A stretch of DNA of 64,000 nucleotides from Podarcis vaucheri (Eukaryota): the NCBI GenBank assembly GCA_965113315.1, contig OZ220365.1; one strand, 5' to 3'. The translations under genes were made by a program, and so were the position numbers. Under the pieces are notes generated by a model. It saw nothing but the letters and a program-made list of their open reading frames with translations. It had not been told where the DNA came from and did no database searches. Below, in pieces: positions 1 through 11,295 of the stretch. The number at the start of each line of letters is the position of its first letter. The stretch's first letter is position 1.

Positions 1-43
1 CACACCATTCTGAAGCTTCTTCGGAACAATGATGATCACTTTA

Positions 44-200
44 TAATAATAATTAACAACAACAACAACAATAATAATAATAATAATAATAATAATTTAT
101 TACTTTTCCCCTGCCTATCTGACTGGCTTGGCCCAGCCACTTGGGGCAGCTTCTAACAAAATGTAACAGAATACAGCGAAAACATCAGACATTAAAAACT
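44..200 (-). repeat. (AAC)n(AAT)n microsatellite tail plus 3' end of a squamate LINE (L2/CR1-type)
   Basis: Microsatellite at 44-96 abuts the 'cccagccacttggggcagctt' motif; a related copy lies at ~11370-11530. Confidence 0.6.
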
Positions 201-826
201 CTGTTGAATGGCTTTGAGGTCAGGTTTTCTCTCAAAAAAAACCCCAAAAAACAAAAACACGCCAAAAAACCCAAAACAGATTGAATGGTTGTCCTTGGGT
301 TTCATTCGGATATGAAAAAATATTTGTAAAACAAAGTAAAAGCTTATAGTTTCTAATTACTTTGCAGCGTTGCTCAATGAAGCAAATGGAAATAAAGCAA
401 GGATTTCCATTTGGGACTATATTAGGCTTCATGATTTACTGCTAAATGCAGACATTTTCCACAAAGGAAGTATACACAATACAATGAACCCTGTCAAGAC
501 AAGAGGCCACAATTCAACCCACCAGGTGCTCACTTGGGCTTCCAAGTTTCCCCCTCTCAATCAATTTACTGTCCCTACCTTCCAGTTCAGAAAACCTAGT
601 TTCAACTGCAATGTAAAAATAAGACTACATATTTGCCTTTCCTGATTCAAGAGACAGGTCAACAAAGCTGAACGTACAACCAAGAAAAAAAGTCTGCTAT
701 GGTAATAATGCCCAGGCCACAGAATGCAGAAATGTATCACTCCATCTCCAACTGTTAAACTACACTTCCAGACCTCCCTTATTCATCCCATTGATTCAGT
801 TTTTGGTTTTTCTTTTGTATTCTTAC

Positions 827-3800
827 CTTGTCCAAGAAATCACAACTTCCCCTTTTTTCTTAATGATGTTTTTGGCACACAGACTTGATGGTGTCAGGGA
901 GGATGTTGATGGTAAAGAATCTTTGTCTCCGACTGATGCAGTTTTATTACTGGATATGTCTGTGGTCACTGAAGTAATCTCTTTAGACCTTTTGCTGTTT
1001 TTTTTACAAGCCAATTCACTACTGTCCTTTCTTTGTCTCTTTGCGTTGGATGTATCTTCTGTCTCTTTTTTTCTTTTTTTCCTTTCTTTTGTTTCACATC
1101 CCAGGCCACCAGTATTTAGAGTAGTACCTGTTTCAAGATTCTCATCTGCTGTACACTTGTCAGGCAGAAGCTCTGTCAAATTTACAACTGCTTCAACATC
1201 ATGCTTTGGATGATCATCTGCTACATGGTGTTTCGCTGTCTTCTCTTCCTTTTTGTCTTCACATAAGCCTTCTATTCTAGCATTTGAAGCACGTTCCACT
1301 GTAAGATCCCATGAATCAACTTCATTTTCTATGGGAGTCTCATCAGTCAAGTCTACACATATATCAAAATGGGTCTCAGAAGACAACTTTTCTACAAGGG
1401 AAACTGCTGCACAGCTAATTGGAGAATGTTCTAATTCACCACAAGATGCATCTCTTTTTTGAAAGACTTTCATGGTGTGTGCCTGAGGTAGTGTAAACAC
1501 TTCAGGTGTGTCCTCATGCTGGCTAGTTTTAATCAAGGATTCTAAAGTTCTCCCTGGTTCTTTAGGGGGCTCTTGCAAATCAGTGGCTTCTTCCAGGCCA
1601 GCACCACTATGCAACACCTGATGGGGCCCAAGTAAATCCGGGCCTTGAGTTTGACTGGCATTAGTATATCGCTCCTGAAGCAATTCAGACGCTGCAAGAT
1701 TGCAAGGTCGTTCTTCTCTGGCATTCCTGAACAGGTCCTCTACAGATTCAAGTGCCTCATTCGGGGCATCAGAATGAGGTTCCTGTTGGGGTTCAGAAAG
1801 ATGAGGAACCTGATTGTTTGCAAGGCACAGAGGTGGCTCCTTCTCAGACCCCAGCAAATGAGTAACTTGTCTCTCTCCAACATCATTCAGCTTACCCTCA
1901 GAGTCAATAATCTTTAAATTCTCCTTAGATGTTGCTGTATCTTCCAAAGGAATGCTTTTGAGGTCCAAAGTATCTAATTTTTCTTCCAACACAATTTCCT
2001 TGTTTCCTGCCCCACTAGAAGAGGTCAGTGGTTCATTTGCTAGAGTAGGCTGTTCAAGGACTGGTGAGGTAGATGGTGCTGCACGCCTTATTTTAACAAT
2101 AAAGTGGTCATTTGATTTCTCCATTATTACTGCCTGCATTGGAAGGCTTGGGCAATACTGAAATCCAGGAGCAGGAGGTATACTTGCCCATGATGAAGAA
2201 CAGCTTGATTTGCTGCTTGAATTATCAGATTCCAAAGCCAAATGGATGTCCTGTTCAGAAGCATCCTCCTCTTCAAGATGGGCATCTTCACTGAAGTGTG
2301 CGCTCAGAACATCCTCAGGAACTGAGCCATACATGTCAGGTTTCAGGAAGCTAAGATGAGCATCTGACTTCAAAGGGGAGGGAATAGTCAACGACACAGC
2401 TAGGTCTTCCAGAAGAATAGAAGAGACAAGTGATTTCGGTTTCTCTGAAATGCACTCCTCACCTTTCTTCAAAGCAGGACTAGTAGGAATTTCAAACATA
2501 CAGCTTTCATCAAGAATATCTGGATCAATTGGCATCTGCAGTCTAGCTAAAAAAGCTGAATCTCTTTCAGGTGAAACTATAGGCCATTTAATTCCATCTA
2601 GTACTCTCGACTCAACTCCAGTCTCTCTTGGAATCTGCTCTTCGGTCTCATATGGAGGCTCAGTCACACAGTTCTGGCCATCTGGGGTGTGTTTTTCTGG
2701 TGTCCTGAACTCCCATTGATTGCCACTGATAAAGTCACCATTTTTTTCTGAAAGCTCAGACCCTTGTAACAAACTTTTGAACATTTCACCCATTTGAGCG
2801 TCATTCACCAGGTTGAATGTCAGGCCAGACATCTGCTGTTCTGTGAGAGGTCCACAGCTAATATCAGACTTGTGAGAGTCTCCAATCATATGCAATCTTT
2901 CATTTTCATTTTTTCCAACGTTCAAAGAAGTGTCTGACATGGAGCTTTCCTTGAAAGGTTCAGCTTCAGTCCGAGAATGTTTTGGGTTAACAGTATGGGA
3001 ACTTCTACATTTTGCAGTCACATTTTTCTGTGTGCTCATTTTATTTGTGTTATGGTGACCTCGCTTCAATAGCTGGTTACCTGCTACTGGTTTTGATGGG
3101 GCACATTCTTCAGGCTTTTGCATTCTAGCATTTAAGGCTGGTTTCTTTGATTTCTGTCTGTCAATTTTAGTTTTATGATTTATAAGGCATTTGGGGCTTT
3201 CTTTCTTTCTTTTATCAAGCTTACCTTCATCACTTTCATTTCCAAAGCTTACCAAGGTACACAGCTTTAGAATAATTTTTTTTATTTTATCAAATAAGTA
3301 GTCAAGCTGCTCGTCCACAAGTTTCCACAACTTTTTCTTCATATCGGATTGCTGCTGTTCAAAGAGATGCTCTATTGCACTATTCTCTTTGATCCGATTA
3401 AGTTTATATTCTATAACTTCACAGAGGTTCAGCTTTAAAGCCTCACTAGATTTAGACATTTTAGAGAAGTCAATGTATTTTACCAGAGATGTAAAGTTCA
3501 AAATAGCTGAATCAATGATCCTATGAAAATGCTGTACTGGAAATTGTATCTTAAACTTCATGTAGCTTTTCCGTACTTGCTTTCTTATAGCTTTCAGCAT
3601 CTGCATGAACTCATGCACTGTAGAAGGTACAATAATTTGAACTATTTTTTCAAGACTGTCAATGCTCACAGTTTTAATTTTCTTTACTTCATTGGAGCGC
3701 ATTATAGTTCCACCTTTGGGATTTTCTTTATTTTTTCCCCCAGAAGACAATTTTCCTGTATCTTCTCTGGAAGATGTTGTCCTGACCTTGTGGTTGCAAG

Positions 3801-4052
3801 TACTCTTGGTCAAATTAGATCTATCTGGAGATGCTTTTCTTCTTGTTTTTTTACTATTTTCAGAGTTGGCTTCTATTTTAGGCTCATCATTGTCACTTAC
3901 AATTTCACCTTCTTCTAATTCATCTGAGGACATGCTTAGCTGAGACTCCTCTAAGATTTGATGACCTGAGCAAAGAGGCTTTTGGTTTTCCTTGTTCAGT
4001 TCGCTGGACTGGTTCCTTCCAGGATAGACAACTGCATTTTCTGGAACAAAAT
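827..4052 (-). CDS. CASP8AP2: CASP8AP2 giant coding exon 7 (3226 nt)
   Basis: 1036-aa ORF in track, in frame with acceptor ttctag at 4053; donor AG|gtaaga at 826. Confidence 0.95.
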
Positions 4053-7000
4053 CTAGAAATAATGAAACAATTTGTTAATTAAGCAGCCCAAAGTAGCAAG
4101 TCTCAAAACAAATTCCAACGACAGTATAATCTAATAGTCAATTTTAGTTTAGAACAGTGAACATAATTGTTTAGAAGTGCCAGTAGCTCTAGGCCTTGCA
4201 TTTTAGCAGAGGACAGGCAGCTTTTGGAAGAAGAGCTAGATTTTTTAAAAAACTTGAGCATGGAAACAGTTTTTATATATCAAGTTCCATGGCAACTTAT
4301 CTTGAAATTGCAAGATTAAGCCCAAAGGCACTTTTAATTATTACTGCCTCCAAAACTAGCGGATAAGAAACTGTGCAAAGAGTTCTGCCAGAATGTGGGT
4401 TACACTCTTTAGCTTAACGTGGCTTGCAATTCCAATTTTCAAGAGTGGGGAAACCCTTTAGATGCTGTTGGACCCCAACTCCCCAGGGTTGATGGAAGCT
4501 GTAGTCCAGCAGCATCAGAGGGTCATGGATTAGCCACTACTGCCTTAAACAGTTTCCTCCTATGTAATCAGTTTGAATAAATATCTACCTCAGAGCTAGC
4601 AGACTGAAAGCTAAATCTTACTCCCCACTGAGTTTAAACAGGACAGTCAGTAGCCCAGTGTCAGAATATTTGCTTTGAACATAGTAGGTCTGAAGTTCAA
4701 TCCCTGGCATCTCTAGGTAAGGCTGGAAGAGACTCTTGTCTGAAATCTTGTAAAGCCACGGCCACTCAACGTGGACAATACTGAACTAGATGGGCAGCTT
4801 CGTTTCCTAACTTGAGAAAAAATGCCTGTGAATTGCAGCTGTGCAGTATGATCTTGTGTATTGCTCAGAAGTTGCATTTAGTACTTCCATTCAAGTGTGT
4901 ATGGAATCACAGTCGTAAATTCCAACACACTAAGAACACTTACTAAAGAGAAAGCTCCACTGAACTCAATGGGGAAGATATGTACAGGATTGCACTGCAC
5001 AGATGAAGCACACTTGCCTACAAGCTGTGCAGTAAGTTCTACTGAAAACAAACGGAACTTAATTGAAACTCAGTTATGTTTAGCATTGGTATACGTGTGA
5101 ATGCTTAATGTGTTCCTTATTCAAATAAAAATCATGTAACAGACAGAGCATATTAAACATATACCTGTATTATAGCTTTTCACAGGTCCTTTGTAAGGGC
5201 TTTCCATTCGGGGTACTTTAGCAAAAGGTCGCATTGGACTATTAAGTGGGCTGATTGCTTTTGGAATATTCCTCATATGATTGAGATCAATGCTCAGAAT
5301 AGAGTTATCATCATCAACAGAAACTGTGCTTATTTCTCTTGCTGGAGATGTAGGTTTTAACCCTTCATTGTATAATGTTTCCAAGTGGTTTTCATGGTTA
5401 CGGTCAGGAAAGCTTGGCTCCAAGTGACCACCACTCAGTATTTTGCCTTCTTCCACAGTAGCTTTATGAGGCATAGGCGTATTCTCTTTTTCAGGACCCT
5501 CCAAGACATTTTCACCTGTCCAATTACTGGACTCCTTCTCGTCCATCAGTGAGTCTGAATCTGTCCCACTGATCTCATCTATTACACTAAAAGAATCAAA
5601 ATCCACAGAACTTATAGTCTCCACATCATTGAAAGAGTTATCGGGAAGTGTTTCTTGATCCAAGGGGCTTTCTAAACCAGAAGCCACATGCATCTTATCA
5701 ACTCCACCAGCTTCTCCCATCCCAGTTTTTGCCTCAGTCAGGAGCTTCATATCTTCCGGCGCCCACTGCGCTGCTATATCTTGTGGGTCTGAGGTTGTCT
5801 TCAAAGGCTTTGTGTTTAGAGTTTTTGGCAGCCCCTTATTTCCCACCTTCATTTTGACCTCAGAAAGAGGCATTACTTGTTCCGATTTGGTCTGAACAGG
5901 GTTGTCACAGATGGGTGATAGTGGTGTTTGTGTTTGCTTAATGGCATTAGCACCAATAGCCTCAGCTGGTACCAACATGACTTCCTGACCTGGAATTTCT
6001 GTACCACATTTATTGGTAGACTTTGCCACTGCTTTGCATTTGTCTGTTTGTTTCTTAGCAGGAGAAAGGGTTAAATTTAGCGTCTGCATAAAGCTCAGTT
6101 TTAAGTCTTTGCTTTTTGACTGCTCCTCTTCCCTTCTAACTTTTATAGGCATCTGCTCCTCCAAGCCTTCAACTACCTTGGCAGTCTCTACTGATTGAAA
6201 GGACTTCTTTTTCTCCCTTTTTGCACTATCTTTAATTTTCATGGCTCCTTTTCCTGTTTGGAGGGATGGTTCCTTTGATTCTCTTTTTTCATTTTGAGAA
6301 GTCCTGGCCTCATTAGAATCATCTCTCTCATTTTTCCTTTTCTCTTCAGTTCTATGTCTGCCCGATTTTGAACGTGTGTGTTCAGATTCACTTTTACTGC
6401 TATCCTCTTTAGGGTGGCCATGTTTCGGCTCTTTGTTTAAAACAGGAGGAGGTGGTGGTGAAGGTTTCCCTCCACAGGGCACAGGACCGCTTGCTTCTTT
6501 GTTCCTCCTGCAATCACTATGTTTTCTTTTTCTATCTTCCACATAGCTTTTGCTTATTTTTTTAGGGCTTCTGGCAATTTTATTCCATTCGGGGGGACTA
6601 CTAACCTTGCCCGTTCTTTGTTGTTCTAGATAGCTGTCAGATTGCCTGTTTTTTTGTCCGTTGTTGCTTTCCTCTTTGTTTCTCAGTTTCAGGTCCTTCT
6701 GATTTTTGTTTTGTGACTTTTCACTCCTGTCACTGCTGGAGTGTTCTAGTTTTGACAGTGATGTATCTTTAGGGGTTGGTTGTTTCTCCCTAGCAGAAGG
6801 GACCTTACCAGTTCTTTTTTCTGTATGTGGGCTGCTTTTGAGCTTCAAGTCCTTTTTATCTTTCCATAGTCCATTTTTTTCTGTTTTGTCTGGATTAACT
6901 TCCAACCTTCCATGAGAATCCAACTTTCCCTCTAGTGTGCTGCCTAGATTTTGGTGTGCTTTTGTTTTGTATCTGTAGTTATTCTCACTGCCATGATGCT

Positions 7001-10000
7001 CATTATGTTTCGTTTCTTTTTTTCCTTTTTCTTTGTCATAAGAGCTGTCAACACTTGCAAGCTTTACATGAGTACCATCGCTGCAAAGCTGTTCAGGATG
7101 AGATTGAGATATGTACAGAGTGTCTCCTTTTTCTGGAGGCAATTTCTTGTTTTCTGTACCCCAAGGTTTGTCCGTAGGCACGGCTTGGGTAGTTCTAGAA
7201 TCAGTTCTTGAATTGTTCTCTGGAACTAAATCTCTGAATTTATTTTTCAGTTTTGATCCCTCCAAGTTTCTTGCATTATTAGTTGATGCTGGGAAGTATG
7301 TTCTACCATAGGTATTCGGATGAACTTGAAATTCTGTTAACCTGTTTAGAAAGAGATTGTATTACTATACTACATTTCAAAAGTTATTTGAGATTTAAGC
7401 AAACTCCAAATTCTACTAAAATCTAAATGCCGTGGTGAGAATAAGCATTTAAAAGTCTTAAATAAATATTTAATCTTCCTTTTACTTTTAAAGGAAGAAA
7501 AGGTCCACACCATGGCATTCTTTATGAAGTTGGCTTGTATCAACAAAGCATAGTTAAGATTAACCAGTTTGGATGGGGACCTTCTATTTAGGATTTATAC
7601 AAACAAACAGAAAGGATAACACTGTTGAAATTATCATTGGTGCTATAAAGCCTGTTCAAAGCATGTCCTCAACCACACACTTTAGGAATATTCTCACCAC
7701 ACACATTTCACTCTGCTGCTCTCAGCAGGCTAGAATCAAGAAAGGTAGGGGGCAACATTGCATCTCTGCTTACACTGACAGCAGACCGCTAACTCTTTGG
7801 GAGAGCAACACACATTTCTTACTGTTAAAATACTCTTGCTTAAAAGTTCACACAATAATTGAAGAATCGTGCCCAAGGCAATAATTTAGTAGTCCATGTC
7901 TGACAAACATATAATCAGGCTTAAGCATCCTTCCCTCAGCAGGCATAGCAACAGAACCTGCACAAACCCTGCTTGCATTGTTGCTTTTCTCCCAGTAATT
8001 TTGAGAGTCAGGGTCCCATAGGATTTGTCCAAATCAGTTGAGAGCTCTTCTAATGAGCTGTCGTTCCCTTTTAAAATGACAATCCCCATTTAATGTTTTC
8101 TCCCCCCCCCCCACTTCCTAATATAGTAACATACCAGAACCAAAATAGGCAGAAAAAGAGAGCCTTAACTCATAGCCTCTCTAGTTAACCTGGTCCCAAT
8201 CACCCAGCACATGCTTTACACAGGGCAGCCCCGTTTCAGGAATGCTGTTCCCAGGGATCCTTGCCTGGTGCCAATGTGGTTGCCATGAGATGAAAATGAT
8301 ATGCTTCAGCTGCAACAATTTGTTTACAAATGTTGATGGCTTGGGGCTTTGTTGAAGCCAGTCTGGTCCTTTCAGCTTTTAAAATTAAGATAGAATGAGA
8401 ACTGAACATCATTTAATTTGCTCATAGCTTCCTTAAAAAAGAAACAAGTCTCAAAGCAACTTCCTACTGATAAGTACATGCCAATTGCAGATACCTCAAA
8501 ACAGTACAACACATTAAAAGTGTTCATCCACATTAAAAAGGTAAAGGTAAAGGACCCCTGACAGTTATGTCCAGTCACGAACAACTCTCGGTTTGCGGCG
8601 CTCATCTCGCTTTACTGGCCGAGGGAGCTGGCGTTTGTCCACAGACAGTTTTTCTGGGTCATGTGGCCAGCATGACTAAGCCGCTTCTGGCAAACTCAGA
8701 GCAGCGCACGGAAATGCCATTTACCTTCCCGCCGGAGAGGTGCCTATTTATCTACTTGCACTTGACGTGCTTTCGAACTGCTAGGTTGGCAGGAGCTGGG
8801 ACCGAGCAACGGGAGCTCACCCCGTTGCGGGGATTCAAACCGCCAACCTTTTGATCGGCAAGCCCTATGCTCAGTGTCTTAGACCACAGCGCCACCCGCG
8901 TCCCTCATCCACGGTAGTCAGCTTAAAAACAAAATACACTTCCCCTGATCCCCACTGAAATGAACACCCAATTGAACCACAAGACCTTAGTACCATCCCT
9001 GGCCAAATACCGGACAGAATGAAAACATTCCACATCTTTGTGCACTAGTTATGCTAGCAAGCATGAAGCTATGAACAGAATGTGTAGGTAACCTTTTTCT
9101 TTTTTTTAATTTTTATTTTATTCAGGATTTTCTTGTTCTACAGAAGTGTAGTGCCTCGTATTTTTTTTTTCATGTAACATTTTTACAAATCCGTTTCATT
9201 TGTTGAGGCATTAGGGGGAGAAGAAAAGAAAAAAGAAAAAAGAAAGGGGGTGGAGAGGGGGAAGATGGATAGGGGTGGGGTCGGGTGGCGGTGTTTCTAT
9301 TATGTTTAATGTATGTAGAGCTTGGTGTCAGCGTTGCTTGTGTTGTTCACTTGTGTTCCTTTGGTGGTGAGAGAGGTTGGGGGTTGGCCTAGGGTGTGAT
9401 TGTTTGCTTGTGATTGGCTGTGGTGATCTTTGTTTTCGTGTGTGGGTGAGGTGGGTGGGTGTTTTGGATCAGGTTAGCCATATTGATTTGTATGCTGTTG
9501 GTGGATTATTGTCACTGTCCTGTTGGGCTGTGTATGTGATAAAGGGGAGCCATACTGGGGTGAAGGCGTCTTCTTCTGTTTGTCCCCATGTCAGTTTCAG
9601 TTTATTAGTTAATTTTTCTAGTAGGGCTGTTTCCCATACTATTTGGTACCACTGGTCCATGCTTACTCCTGACAGGTCTCTCCAGTGTCTGGTTATGGTG
9701 TTTCTGGCTGCTGAGAGCAGGTGGGTTATGAGTTCTTTGTGGTGTAAATGGGCATTGTTGTCTTGGAAGATGTTTAGTAGGGCCAATTCTGGGGTGATGT
9801 CTATTACTTGCTTAGTTATTTTACATATTTCTTGTATGGCTGTTGTCCAGAATAGTTGGATTTTGGGACACGTAGGTAACCTTTTTCAAGAAACACTTCA
9901 AATTTTAGCAGATTTTTTTTTTCAGAAGATGAGTATCTGATACCTAGCAAGTTAACGTTTATGTGTATGTTAAATTTAACTACAAAAAAGATAGGCTTAG

Positions 10001-11259
10001 AAAACATCTACTTTTTAGTTTCAAATGTGTCTTGTTTCGTCTTCTTCTAAAAATTTGGACATTAGAGGACATTCCTGAAAAAAGCATACCTTCGCTGGAG
10101 ACTATTAATTTCTTCATCCTTGCGATTAATTTCCACTCTAGCTGTTTTTAGGAGAGCGGAAATATTCTTTTTAAGAGACTGGTTTTCATTTTGCAGAGCA
10201 GAGTTCTAATTTTAAAAGAACACAGAGACATATACACGTTATGAACTTGTATCTGCATATATTGGGGGAGAGAAGGAAATAACAGTTTAGGAAAAAATCT
10301 CATTTAAATGAATCACAGTTAACTTTCACAAAGAACTTTCAAAATGCCCTACCAACTTTGTTCTGCAGCCTAATACAAAAAGCACTATTTTCAATAAGCA
10401 TCAAAGCAAAATACATTTACGATACTAACAGTCCTTACTGAGACAGAGCTGCCCTGCACAGCCTCACTAATTCAAAATATTATTATTGTGGTTGCTGTTT
10501 CTGATTTTCTGATTTTGATTTATTTAAAAAACCAGATACACTCACAACTAATACTTTAAAACAGCAAACCAATACAAATTGGAAGATGTATATGAAGAGT
10601 TTGTAGAACACTTTCAGTTACAGGATACAAAATGGATAAATTACCACTTAATGCTGCTTTACCTGTTCCTGTATTTGCTGAAACCTCCTTGTCAACTCTT
10701 GAAGTTGTTGCTGACATTTCTCATGTTCAGCCTGCAACTGTTGAAACAGGATTATTCACATTTGTATTAAAGACAGTATTAAGTGAGCATAATTTTTTTT
10801 GGGTAATAATAATAATAATCGAGCTTTGTTAAAATATGCAAGAAAAGCCATTACATTAAAATAATAGTAAACAAAATTTCCCTCACAAACAGGGAAACCA
10901 TCCAAACATGCATTTACAAAATGTCTGTGTCATGACTGATCACAGATTTCCTGATGCACATGTTGAATTTTTCAATAAATTGAGACTTCTCAGTAAAGTG
11001 GGTGTTTGGGGATTTTAAAATCTTTTGATAGCACATAGTGTACTAAAATGTGCTGAACTGATGAATTTAAAACATACACCTTGCTAACTAACTTGCTAAC
11101 TAACTACATCACATTTCACCAACATATCATTGATTCAAAATACATACATCATTGTAAGTAGCTTCCTTTGCTGTTCCTTCTTCAATCAGGATCTCATCGA
11201 ATAGGTTTAAACTACTTATTGATGAGGTCAGTTTTGTAGCAGGTTTGACTGAGAGAGCA

Positions 11260-11295
<36 letters not shown>

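Noticed and set aside
1-826. Final CASP8AP2 exon (SANT/Myb-like C-terminus)
   Set aside because: No matching exon found on the minus strand here; it must lie left of the window
791-7311. Plus-strand ORFs overlapping the giant CASP8AP2 exons
   Set aside because: Antisense shadows of a long coding frame; no recognisable product
9377-9940. 187-aa plus-strand ORF
   Set aside because: Antisense to the L1 ORF2 remnant
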